Source: Rhina ancylostomus
Taxonomy: Eukaryota
Direction of reading: 5' to 3'
Length of the DNA stretch: 64,000 nt
NCBI GenBank assembly: GCA_030265395.1
Contig: JARFYF010000036.1
Coordinates: 1,701,884 to 1,765,883, forward strand
Shown here: in pieces, positions 11,874 to 24,576 of the stretch
How positions within the stretch are numbered: position 1 is the first letter of the stretch
How the letters are laid out: each line of letters opens with the position of its first letter
The notes under the pieces: model-generated
Told to the model about the DNA's origin: nothing
Databases searched by the model: none
What the model saw: the letters and a program-made list of their open reading frames with translations, nothing else
Position numbers and translations under genes: made by a program

Positions 11874-14800
11874 TGTTTGGCAATGTAAATAACACAATTT
11901 ATAGGTATAACAATTAGCTGTAGACAATTCTGTAAATTAGTTATTGAGTTTGAAAAGTAATTTGAGCTGCACCAACATCAAATCCAGATGAACAAAAGAG
12001 AAAAGCACAGCCTTGTGAGGCTCGTTGAACATCCACGTTGGTCTCTGCTTGGAATCAACAATACAGTACCAGTTGAGATAGACAAACTGCAGTAACTGTA
12101 GACTTAATAATGCAGCCATTACCTTTACAACCAGCTCCTCAAAAGCTTCATTTAATGAACAGTTTAATTTACTAGGTTTCCATTAACAAACATGATCTAA
12201 ATAACATTTTGTGTAGCTATGTTTTAATGTATATTGCTTGAGAAGATGGAAGCACATGCTATATAAGCTTTCAAAGAGAAATGGCCAGACAGTTGAAAAA
12301 GGGGGCAATGGGAATAAAAAGAGAATGGGACTAATTGAATGATCATTTNNNNNNNNNNCGCACACACACACACAGCGAGTTGATGGGCTTCCTCTGCATC
12401 AGTAGCGCTGGTTTCAACCAATTTACCACAGAATGATGCCTGACCATCATTTCCCAGTATTCACCACTGAATTTTGTGAGAGTTTCAATCCCCACTTAAC
12501 ATCTATCTGCAAAATAGTTCTGGTATTCAATTATATCCAGAATGACAGTTGTGTTCCTATACTGGAATTCCTAGTTTAGAATTACACAGATTGGGAAATT
12601 ATACACCACGTTTAAAAGATGTGCTGTCAATGAGGCAAATTTTCATCCTGTGGTGAAGCAGACTGCTTGTTCACTGTGGACTTCCTATTTGCATTTATTA
12701 AGGAAACATGAAACCCAATATATTCTCCTATGTATATACTACTTTGCTTTTAATACTGATTTGATGACATATTCATTGCATGATAATTTAAACTGCAATT
12801 GAAATAGTACATCAGTAACCAATTTCGCACAGAAACTGTAATTGAGAAATAGGCATTTGCCAAAATGGTCTGCTTTTCCATGTTAGCAACATAAGCAGTA
12901 GTATTAATGCCGCGTGCTTCAACTATTCTCATATCCCTTCATCTGCCTTTATTGTAACTATATTTAAATCTATTCTGAATCATTGATCTGCTTGCTCCCT
13001 GCTGGAATCACAATTCTGGCGGAGAACATGCAGTCTTATAACCTTTGTGTAAAAAAAGTTTGGTATCACATTTCATTTGACAGCTGTGCCCTCGTCATTT
13101 TACGTTTCAAACCTTTGGAAACAGCTTCTAATCATTCTGTCCCATCATTCATACTTTGAAACACTTATCAAAATATTCTGGGTCTAATAAGTGACCCTAA
13201 TTTTTCCACGTTGCCTTCCTTTTGTATTTTCTCATACTGACAGCATTTTAGTGAAACTGCACAATACTCTCACTATTGCTTCGACATCCTTATTCTGGGG
13301 AATTCAAAACTGCAGTAACTTCTTGTAATTTCCATCACAGGTACTCCAAAAAAAACATAATTACATAATTCATATTTATCAAGGCTTTACTCACTCAAGG
13401 CGCTGGTGTTGGTACTTTGTGAACACAAAATTTCTGACCTTTCACATCACACAATTTACCCAGTAAAGGCATAATATGCTTCAAACTCTGGAAAAAATCA
13501 TCATGCAAGCTGCTTAATCTACACCAGGTCCTCCAAAGGATTTAGGAGACTGATAATAGAGTACATATTTCAGGTCTTTTGAGACCATCTAGAATTACAT
13601 AAATCTCTGCTATTAACATTAAAGAAAACAGTGCTAAGTAAAGAGTTTAGAGCCTGCAGTTGACCAGCTTTACTTGGCACAAATTGTTATATCCTGTCTC
13701 CTTCAGAGTGCTGTCAGATGTGCATAACAATATGCATGATTTTACTTCATTTTTTTTTACATTTCCCACCTGCTGTTAATGCTATTTATTTTATTTTTAA
13801 TTNNNCAAGGTAGTTTTCAGTTTGGCTAATCCAACCACCCATTGGTCACTTGAGGGTTTCAAAGCACAATGACATTGAATTAAGATGTCACTTTGACTTG
13901 GGAGGTTGGTTGTTGGCCAAGAAATTGCTTGGTTTTTTTTAAACCTGATAGTTGTTTAGTTCACACAACTCATTTGAAAATGATAAAGCAGAAACACTTT
14001 TTTTTTACATCACCCTCCCATGTAAAAAGATCATATCAGCATACAAGGCACTGTTTCAGGAATACATTCATCAAATACAAAAATCAGGCATATTTTGAAT
14101 TAACTCAGAACTAATTCATCTTTACATGTTCTGTAACTGCGTGGAAGAAGAAAACATGTTGGCAGAATCAGGGCATTATTTTGTTGTGCTGAACTTGCCA
14201 TTTAGTGGTTTATGAATCAGTTATACGTTAATATTAATCCAGATGCCACATATTGTTCAATTTTCCTATTAACCCATTAATTCTCAGAAGTTGCAACTCA
14301 CAGTCATAAGTTGCAAAATACTTCAGTCATTTGGCACTTCATTTATGTGGGTATTCTCCATAAAAGATCCATAGGTTGGCAGTTTATTTGAACTTCAGAC
14401 CAACCCAGCTGAGCATTTCTGCACACTACTGCCTATTAATAACAAAATAATTAATTAAAAAGCAGCACTAAACACCAACATTGTTCTGGTCAGCATGGGT
14501 CAGTATAATACAATGGAGTTACAAGGTAAGGTTTTAAGAGGTATTTTAATTTTCAGTACATTGCACTAAATGTATGGAACAATACTCGCTCCAGACCCTC
14601 TCTCTGTAGTTGATATTGTGGAATTGTAAACCTGTAATAATACTGGAATCTTACTACTGTGGCAGTGAGTCATAGCTAACAAATAAATAATCGATATAGT
14701 TGAAGTCTTCAGACATAACTAAATTCTGCACAAATAAAGGAAAATAGATAGTTGAAGCAAGATAGAAGAGGAGTTATGCATTAAGGTTTCTTCCTCATGA

Positions 14801-16294
14801 TTCTGAAGCTGCAGTTATACAATCCGTGATGTCATACCACTGAAAAATAGTTTCATGTAGAATTATTGCAATTTGATTTTAGAACCTTATCTGAAGAAAA
14901 GCCAAGTAATAAGATAGCCTGGCGTACTCTACAGATGGTGCAGATTCATGCAACTTCAATAAGGCTAATCATACTGGAATCAGCACAAATCCAGTCTTCC
15001 CACTGTAAATCATAGGAAACCAGCAGCTACAAGTACTCATAGCCTTAGCATGACTGTAGAAGCAATGGTGTGAAGCAGGTACATCATAGGTGATATTTAT
15101 TGCTGCACAAGAGAAATGAGTTAAGATCATATGCCGCTGCAGGGTTGCTCAGGAAAACTATGGACCTCCTAGAATGGGACAGTTTCTGTCAACCTCCTGG
15201 CAAGTTTATTTTATGGTTAAGTGATGCAAAAGCTTAAACACATTACACTCAATTAAATTGGTCTCTTGCAAATTAAACCCTCTTATCGTACTGTTGTCAT
15301 TTAGGGACATTTACCCTGATCTGGATGACTACAACTTTCTACAGAGAGAGCTACAAATGTTTACTTCTTGAGTGCAACAAAATGAATGCATTATTTTTTC
15401 TTCCAGATTTTACTTCAGATAATTTCACTTCCCAGAGTCCCTGATTTTACTCAAGATATTTTCCCATGCATGCAAGCATCTTTCTCATACATCCCCAAAT
15501 AACCATGCTCATGTGGCACAAATGTAATAAACACTGTGTTTGCATTGGAAATCTGCACCATGAAGCCAAATCACAATACTCAAAGAAAGGCATTACCATA
15601 TGCTCATAGCTGAGCCACTGGGAGCCTTGTGCATAGCAGATGGAAGGATGGAGTCAATACCTATCCCTCTTACAACAGCCACACCAACATGAGTTGGGAT
15701 GTTACTGCTTTAATTTATGATGATGTTCATTACATGGATGATTGTCTTTATGGGCACTGAAACCCACTGTTTACCCAAAATGAGATCCAAACACATACAT
15801 CTCAAATGCAAGAGGAAACATTAAAACCAGACAGAGTGCAAGTACAACCTCCCAGTGATTTTCATACAAGTGGCCCTTTGAAACCAAGAGCAGGGTTTTC
15901 CATTCCAAGCCTTGCAATGGGAGGCATGGGAAATAGAGAACCAAGTGTAAACCCACCATACAAAATGGTTTAAAATAATAAGTAAGGAAGATTCCCCTGG
16001 TTTATGTGTAGGAACATAATACAGTGGGAAAATAGATGCCTAAAACACAACTGCACTTTAACTTGCTGTTAAGTGTTGATAGTAGTGTAATGCACAATAT
16101 ATTTGCAGCTTGTTTAAAATAAAAGGATGTAACAGATCTCCTAACTTATTCAANNNNNNNNNNNNNNNNNNNNNNNNNNNNNNNNNNNNNNNNNNNNNNN
16201 NNNNNNNNNNNNNNNNNNNNNNNNNNNNNNNNNNNNNNNNNNNNNNNNNNNNNTCTCCTAACTTATTCAAATCATGATTTCTTGCTCAAGTGTC

Positions 16295-16479
16295 CTATCT
16301 GGAGAACTTGCGAACAGCTTTGTATGACGTCGGTATAGACAGGAATATCGAGCCATCTTTGTCATCTGTTGTCAGGTTCTCTACTGAGCCCCAATTCTTT
16401 TTACTGCTTCCATAACTCTTTGGCAGGAAGAGTTCGGCAAGCTTCCGGTTCCGTCGCTCTCCCCGAGACTGCTGGAATT
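16295..16479 (-). CDS. SOWAH-family ankyrin-repeat gene, terminal coding exon
   Basis: TCTTTCTTGTGTTTTAG acceptor; phase 1 matches preceding exon; (K)FQQSRGERRNRKLAELFLPKSYGSSKKNWGSVENLTTDDKDGSIFLSIPTSYKAVRKFSR then TAG at 16295-16297. Confidence 0.85.
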
Positions 16480-17959
16480 CTAAAACACAAGAAAGAAAGA
16501 ACTGTTGCCAACAAAGTCAAATGCATTGCTAGGTAATTGAAAAACAACGACAGATACCAATACAACCGCAGTGGCTCAAAAAAAACAATTACAGTACAAA
16601 AGCAAATTTATATAGTTCTCTTTCTTTTAAAATTGAACCCTTTATTCACAGTCAGTTCTTGTGAATTCAATTATTGATCAGCTCTGCACAGTCAGTTCTT
16701 GTGAATTCTAGAGCAATTCAGATTAAGGATGGGACACAAGAAACTGTTTTCAAACAGAAAATCGATCCTTCATTTATTAAAACAAAGTGACTTGAAAGTA
16801 CAAGTAGCATAATGTATTTAAACTTAAAAATTAACTTATTTTCATCTGGCAAGTGGTTTTATTATACTGCCATGGAAAATGTCATTCAAAGTAGTTATTT
16901 TCTTATTAAATACAAAGTTGTTACAGCAACTTACAAACATGGGCTCTTGACAACAACAACAACATGCATTTACGCCTGTCAAAGTAAAATCTGAAACATT
17001 ATCAATCAGCATATCACCACATTTTCACTGGAATGCAACAACACTCCAGTGCAATTAATGAGCACTGGGCTATGGCAAATTACAATCTGAAAAAGCTTTG
17101 TTACTGCCACTTATTATTTCAGTAAGCCCTAAATGCTACAATGTTTAAAGTTAGCCATAATGCAAATGAACTCAGTATATAGATGCACGAAAAATTACTT
17201 CACAGGTCTACTTAGGTAAACAAGAATTTATTTATTAAAAATCTATTTCTATAGTGCCTTTCATGACCCTTTCTTTCAGTGTGAACCTAAGCTACTTATA
17301 GTGTTAGGACAAACATTAATTCAATGCCAGAAGCACAGCACAAATGTACACAAGGTCCCACAGACATAAACTTAGATTTCTTTTGCTTATATTATCTGAT
17401 GGATTAATATTGACAACAAAATATCTTGCTCTTCTTTGGAAGAGAGAAGCCACATAAATGAAGTTAGACTTGCATCTAAAAGCTGGAAATAATGTAGCAT
17501 CAGTGGAGAAAGAAAAGAGTTAACAGTTTACATTGACGATCTTTCAGTTTGGATGAAAAATTGTCAATCTAAAATTTTAACTCAGTTTCATTCTCCATAG
17601 AAGTTATCTGATTTGGTGAGTATTCAAGCATTTTCTCCTTTTTATTTCAACTTTCTAGCAACTGCAGCCTTTGGATTTTGCAATCTTGGGCATTTTATAA
17701 CAAAAGGAATTTTTTTGATGTACAACCACGATTTTAACGCAGGCAGCACAACAGCCAATTTGCACCTAGCAGGTTTCCATAAACAGCAAAGTGATAATTC
17801 ATTTATCTGATTTTGTTCTGGCACAGGAGGCAGCCATTTGGCCCAGAGTCCATGAGAATTCACATAAATCCCACTTCCCCACTCTGCCTCCTATTCTCTC
17901 TCAAGTGCCCATTAACCACTGCTCTCCCCACCCCACAGCCAATTCTCCTACTAACCACC

Positions 17960-18090
17960 AACACTAGGGCCAAATTACATTCCATCCAACACTTTTGGGA
18001 TACAGGACACCGGAGTGCCCACACAGACTCCACACAAATACCCAAGTTCGGGATTGAACCCAGGTCGCTGAATTCTAGCAGTTGCAGCTG
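17960..18090 (-). mobile_element. Degraded V-SINE copy
   Basis: Reverse-complement B-box GGGATTGAACCCAGGTCGCTG and CACCGGAGTGCCCACAC core. Confidence 0.6.
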
Positions 18091-19641
18091 AAATTTGTAC
18101 CAAGTGCCTGGAGTGTGTATTGAACATGTAACATAGACAAGAGTTAATAATCGTTTCATGACTGACACAAAGTTTAGAGATACTCCTGACTACAACATGT
18201 ATTTTTCAGATATCGCTGATGTGAGAAAAGAAAGGCAGTTGATAAAACTCCATCTAGAGACACTTTCATTGAAATCAATTTTATACAGAAAAATAACCGA
18301 AATAGGCCAACCAATGTGGGCAAGAACTTATAGTCTGTTCAAGCTGACAAAATAGTATTTTGAAGCATCTAGCAAATAGCTTGCTTGTAAACAAGCTGCA
18401 CTGGGTCAATAGTGTCTAACGTGATCCTTTAAGATTAAGAGATAACAGCACTCAAAAATCTCTTCTGAGGCATTGCCTCCAACGAGTCCAGACTCCGTAG
18501 CCACCCATATTTACTGTGTTCACAAGCATTTCTTCTCTCAACCTTTCTGCAACCTTAGTGGTGGGAATGATCACTAAACCAATCAGGAGTTTGGTCTGGA
18601 CACCAGAGGTGTAGGTTCAATTCCATTCTGATATATGAGGAATATAGTTTCTATTTTTTGACCCATGCAAGTCATGTGGTTACACATTAAATCCCCAGAA
18701 GCAGCTAATTTCACATGGAACAGCAGTAACTATGCTAAATTTGACTTGGGTTAGAGCAGGAAATACTGGACAGGGTTACTATTTAGTAACTCCTGCTGGA
18801 ACAGTACCTTTAACACCAGATGAGAACCAGATTCAGATACCACCATTTTTATACCAAAAGCATTCTAAGTATACTTATGATAGATCACAAGGTGTAACAG
18901 AATCCACAAATCCATTCACGCTTATAACATAAAACTATTAACATTCACGATTATAACATAAAACACAACCATCAATAAAGGAGCATCTATTTTGGTGTTT
19001 GCTTACTCTCCCACCAAGCTTATACTATCAGAACACTTGTGTACAGTACACCTTGATCTTTCAACTAGTTATTTTTTTTGTGAATAGCCAAGGGGTCAGT
19101 ATTGATCCTCGTGGCATTCAACAATCCTCCAATCTGTAAAAAAAAAGACCGAATCAGTCCTCCTTCATGTTTTTACCCAACCCTCTAATTTTGTTATTAT
19201 CGTATATCCCAATCCTTTGGGATCACCTTTTAGGTAGCATCTTCTGCATGGTTTTAAATTGGATGCCTTGTGAAAAGCCAGGTACAAGACATCCACAGGT
19301 TTCCCATTTTCACCCAACTGGTTATATTGGAATAATTAGATTTGTCAAAACTCCCTATAATGACTGCTTAACTGTATCAAACACATTCTAACTGCACTGC
19401 TACCATGTCTTAATAATGGATTCCAACACTTTCCTGACAACCAATTTTATCCTTACTGTACTGAATAGCAGATCATAGACAGTTTTGTGCCACTACTTTA
19501 TATTTTAGAATGATACTGAATGTAAAATAATTTTGTCTGTAGTTTTAGAAACATCATAGCAAAATGTGAAGTAAACAGGACAATCAGCAAACACATAGGA
19601 ATCAGTAAAATTCAGTAAATATTAGTACAAGGAAAGCTTAC

Positions 19642-19737
19642 TTGAAGAGACATTAGACTGATCTGTAGGGTCATCATTGTCTTTTAGATAGTGGGATGCA
19701 AACCGTCCACTATAGTCCCTTACATTTGTTTTTGCAC
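19642..19737 (-). CDS. SOWAH-family ankyrin-repeat gene, coding exon (end of ankyrin region)
   Basis: CAG|96 nt|GTAAGC, phase 1-1; GAKTNVRDYSGRFASHYLKDNDDPTDQSNVSS contains the SOWAH RDYSG...YL motif. Confidence 0.92.
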
Positions 19738-20499
19738 CTGTTTAAAAATCAAAAATATTTGTTATTATACCATCAAATATTTGTTATTATATTTCCGGGA
19801 AAATTCTACAAGTGGATAGGCATAGCATTAGGATATTTCAAGCAATTAATAAAACTTCAACACTGCTCAACAGATTTGAACTGATAAAAGTCTGTACAAT
19901 ACAGAACAGTAGGGCAGTCAGTGTCTGTAGGAAGAGAAATAATTAACATTGCAGGTCTGAGATCCTTCATCTGATGTTCTGATATTCACAAACATTAAAT
20001 AATGTGAAAACACTTAAACAATAAAATACTTTAAACTAAGTTACCCAAACCTGCCCCTCCCCTGTGTAGCCATTCTACCTCAACAAAATGAATGGGCTCT
20101 GGAAACCTGGTGCAATTTCAGCAGCAGGTCTACCAGGGGAACTGCAGCAAGTGGTCTTTCCACTGAGGGATCATGAGGGATCCAATGTTGGAGCGCAGTC
20201 TGGGAATCATCAGTAGTCACGCAAGGAAATTTGGAACTTGAGTGTTCCCGTTTTGCTTGCGGGTTCCTGAGCCCCGACTATTTATGGAGATAGATTCCCA
20301 CAGCTCAGGATGAAACTGGCAGAAATTAGGAAAATGTAGGCTGATAAAAATCAGTTATTCTGTCAATAATTTCTTTGCCAAATTGCTTTATATAGAAAGG
20401 GACCATTCAACACATCAGATCCATGCTGGTCCCAGGGAACAATCCCATTCCATTTCTCCTTATTCCCTTGTACTCCAGCTCATCAATGCCCCCCCCCCC

Positions 20500-20710
20500 A
20501 CTGATTTTTGCCATTAATCTACACAAAGGGTAGTTTACTGTAGTCAATTAGCATGGATGTCTTGGGATGTGGAGGAAACTAATGCACCTAAAGGAATCTC
20601 GTGTGATCAGGAGGTAGAATATACAAACTCCTCATATAAAGCAAAGGTCAGGATTGAACCAGGTTCTTGGAGCTGTAAGGCAGCAACACTACCTGCTGCA
20701 CCAGCGTTGC
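20500..20710 (-). mobile_element. Degraded V-SINE copy
   Basis: GGATGTGGAGGAAACTAATGCACC...CAAACTCC...GGATTGAACCAGGTTCTTGGAGCTGTAAGGCAGC, the reverse complement of the SINE head and core. Confidence 0.65.
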
Positions 20711-21619
20711 ACAGCAAAGTCCATGGTCAGAAATAGAAACCCAGCACAGTAATAGAAGGAACTCAGAACCCCAGTAGGTAGCTTCAGTAATGCAAATAAC
20801 CATTCCTCCCATCCTGCCACCCACACCGATTCACCTCTTGACTAATGGCTGTATGAACTAACTAGTTGTCTTACGTTACGGGTATTTCAATAGACCAAAG
20901 TGCCCCCAGTTCAGAGAGAGGCAAAACAGGCCAGAAAGACAATAGGTAATTACATCCCTTAAGCCTTGACAGAAGTTAATGTCAGAAATGGGGCTTAATT
21001 TTCATTTTGAACATCGAAATCAATCCTTAGTACTTTGCTTCCACTTGTGGATAATGCCTACAAGGGAATCAAAGGGCTGGATCTTCCAGTTAAAAACTAG
21101 CAGCTGTGCTTGACACTACTGACTTTTATCTACTTAACCAGGTGGAAGCACAAGACCTGAACCCAGCCTTCTGTTCAGGTGAGCACCAACTCCTTGACAC
21201 CCACCATCTGCCATTAAATTCCTCATGAAGTCCTACAGGTGAGACTGGCACAAGTTCAGCAGGTCTACTGGCTTCAATGGGAGGAAACTGCTCTGGGCAG
21301 AATAGCAAGTTCATTTTCTTTCACTTGATTATAGTAATTTGAAGAGTAGTTAACTGTTTTTACTTTTGTGTTTGTTGTAGCTTGTTAAACGTTGTTAATA
21401 GTATATTTTCTAATTCAGTGCTTGCAAGTATCAAAATCATTCGTAAATATTCAATCTAAATGATAGCTTTGCCAGCCAGCAAGTCTGGGGACCTCAAAAG
21501 GCCATCAAAGCAACCCAGGATTCAAATTAACCCTTTTTAAAATGTACATTTTGGAATATCTACCAATGAATACCACAAAAGATTACTTTGATAGACATGC
21601 AATGCAGCAGGAATCTCAC

Positions 21620-21692
21620 CATAATTATGAACTAGAAGATCCATGATGTCCAAGTGGGAATGCAGAGCTGCTATGTGCAAAGGTGTGTAACC
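21620..21692 (-). CDS. SOWAH-family gene, ankyrin repeat exon (GYTPLH)
   Basis: TGTTTCCTCAG|73 nt|GTGAGA, phase 0-1; GYTPLHIAALHSHLDIMDLLVHNY. Confidence 0.95.
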
Positions 21693-22736
21693 CTGAGGAA
21701 ACAGTTAATCATTCTTAACTTTAAATGTACCTCATTGACCATAATAACAAGATGATGCTTCGTAGGATGAAATGGAAAACCTTAATTCAGCTGTTGTGTA
21801 AGCGACTTCCCTACCTCCCCCATTAAATGCAATTTGTCAAACTAAGGAAAAATCATACAACTAAAAGGCAATGTATTTCATCAACATTTAATACTATATT
21901 CAGAAAGTAGCTAGGAGAAATTAGTTCCTCAAAAGTTATTACTTCTTTCCACATTATAAGTAGCCTCATTCTTAAAATTAAAACATATCACAACTTCTAT
22001 AATCGCTCTGTCTCAGACACATTAAAACCCATTAAGGGCTGTTAATTTTCTTAATAACTTCAGTGCCGATGCTGCCTAATAAAAGTTGCAATACGTTTGT
22101 TTCTAATCTCAGATTTTCAGCATCTGGATAATTTTACTTTTGCACTTCTGTATCTGTAAGAGACTCATTACTTTTGGCTGGTTAAATAGACTACCTGTAT
22201 GTATTTTCATAACACCCACAAAACAAATAAGAATATTAGTGTATGATTGCACTTATGGTTACAAAATAATTTTAACAGATGAGACTGATTACTGATTGAA
22301 GAATAAACGTAATTCAACCAATTGAGAAGCAGGCTTGAACTGTGTTACGAAAGTGTCAGGTGAACTACCAAAGACAATTACTTTTATAAGTTGTGCTTGG
22401 AAATCCTCTCATTTGCTTACATTACCACTATACAGCGAAGTAGCGTGTTAACTTATAAACAAACAATATGTTGAATACTTTGCCCCTGCCCTTCCACAAC
22501 CACAACTTTCTCAAATATTTTACTGCATAAAAGGTTAAACATTGAATAGAGCTATTTTTTTCCAAAATGCTGGACAGTCTTATCCTTATAAATGCAAGGT
22601 ACTGGAGACTGATAGTGCACATAACATCTTCAGTAACAAATCAGTGATCATAAAAAGCAAAGTAAAGCTGCAAACTAAAGCGGATAATTTGTTAGGCAAA
22701 GGAAAAGCAGTAATTAAAAAGACATGCAATACTCAC

Positions 22737-22739
22737 ACC
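22737..22739 (-). CDS. Single-codon microexon (GGT, Gly) of the SOWAH-family gene
   Basis: - strand TGTCATCTGTTTCTACTCCAG|GGT|GTGAGT; good pyrimidine tract and consensus donor; supplies the G of the HG-GYTPLH motif. Confidence 0.8.
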
Positions 22740-24573
22740 CTGGAGTAGAAACAGATGACAAGACAATCACCAAAAGCAGGGAAGAAAAAAAATTAAGTGT
22801 TTATTCAAAGATTGAATTTATAACAATACTTTTCCCCCTCCCACATTTCTTTTCCCCATCAGAATAATTCCTACTAAGGTGACGATCCTCACCTTCACTC
22901 AAATTCCTCAATCTTTCTTAATGACTAAATAATATTGACAGGAGATGGATGGAGAAGTAGTACACATGCTTTAATCTAAACAACTGGTCGGAGTGATTTT
23001 AACAGGAGGACACCAATTTAAAATCAATGATGAAAAATGTGTCCATATTGTCAATCTTTGCCACTTATAAAAAGGGCCGGATCTCTCTGTGGCTAAATAT
23101 GATGGGTCTAAACAAAACCATCAGCATTCAGCTGTTCAAACTGCAGCAAGTCATGGATCTGCATGCATTGCTGCCAAATGCGCAAGTCCCAAACTTACTG
23201 ACTGATTTGATGTCACAATAGACTATATAGCTCTGCCACTGGGAGTCCAGCGGAGGAGTTCACACTAGGTGGGGTTCCTCAGCATTACGTTCCTCAGTGA
23301 ACGTTCCATCTTGACCCCTGCATCAGGGTGACCCTGTTGCAGAATCCCAACCCCAATTTTTAAAAAAAATTTCATTTTAGTTTTTTTTATTGTTTCTAGA
23401 TGATTTGAACTTGTTAATTTTTAAAACATTTTTTGTTACAAGTCATCAAAAGCATCACAATTATCTTGCAGCTATTAAAGTCAACATATCTGGGTGCAAA
23501 GCTATATTGGTTGTGAAAGGTTTCATGGAGTTTTTGGGGCAAGTCAGACTCACTTTATTGCAGGAAGCCCTGCGCCCAAGCAGGCCCTGCACTGGAATGG
23601 TGGACGTTGAGGACCAAAATTACCCTTCTTCATCTGACCAGATTATGGTGAGGGAGCCCGTGGTTAAAGAAAAGTCTATTAATTCTTCAAGAAATGAATG
23701 AGAATATTACCAGAAGAGAAATATTAAAAGTGACTTGCCATAACCGGGAAGTTGCAAACTGTAGTGCTGGTATTGTAACACTGTATGATTTTACAAGATG
23801 TTTCTTCTTATATTTTAATTGTCTTTTTAAAATGTGGAATTGTGAGATATCACTTTTGACTTAAAGTGAAACAAACAGTGCTCAAGTACAATACAGCTTT
23901 ACATTAATTTTCATTTAAGAATAACGAAATGATGATTCAAGGTTGGGTTTGACCACTGATTTAATAAAAAGATCAAAACTATATTTCCATAATTGTTAAA
24001 TTCCTAGTTTGGTGAGTAAGTAATATCCTGTGTGTAAACGATATTCAGTACAACAACCACTGCCAGGACTAAAACTATGGTAGGAACTAAGCATTACAGA
24101 ATCTGTGGTTGAGTGCTACAGTGACCTTGTTTGCGAGGAACCACAAACATAACAAGGTTAATCACTTCATTCCATGAAGAAGTCATGCTAATGCAAACAG
24201 CAGGTAAGCAAGGCTCCTCATTCAACACTGCCAAAAAGGTGTTTGTCACGGCTTGCAAGGATGGAAGAATGAGGTTCATATGAATATGGATGGACCACAT
24301 CAGCAAAGCCATGGCTAACAAGGAGCTGATGCTTTTAAGGTGGGGAACGACAAAAAAACTGGCAGAGGAAACTGGCAAGAAAAATAAGAAAATATGCCTT
24401 TCAAACACACAAGTCAAGTTAAACTGATTTAAATGTGGAATTAACTGAACTATGCAAAGTTGCACTCAAATGTCTAGTGGTCATTTATTTGCCTTTTAAC
24501 TGAATCCTCTTAAATTTGGTTTCACTTAACAGGACATAATTGCTCAAAACAACATTAAACAACTTCAACTTAC

Positions 24574-24576
24574 ATG
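24574..24576 (-). CDS. Single-codon microexon (CAT, His) of the SOWAH-family gene
   Basis: - strand CTGCTTTCTGCCGTCTGATGGATAAACAAAG|CAT|GTAAGT; supplies the H of the HG-GYTPLH motif. Confidence 0.75.

Noticed and set aside
18550-18632. tRNA-like sequence with B-box GGTTCAATTCC
   Set aside because: No convincing cloverleaf; most likely a decayed tRNA-derived SINE head.
22421-22427. 7-nt candidate exon TAG|TGGTAAT|GTAAGC on the - strand
   Set aside because: It would shift the frame and is not needed; the GGT exon at 22737-22739 fits the motif.
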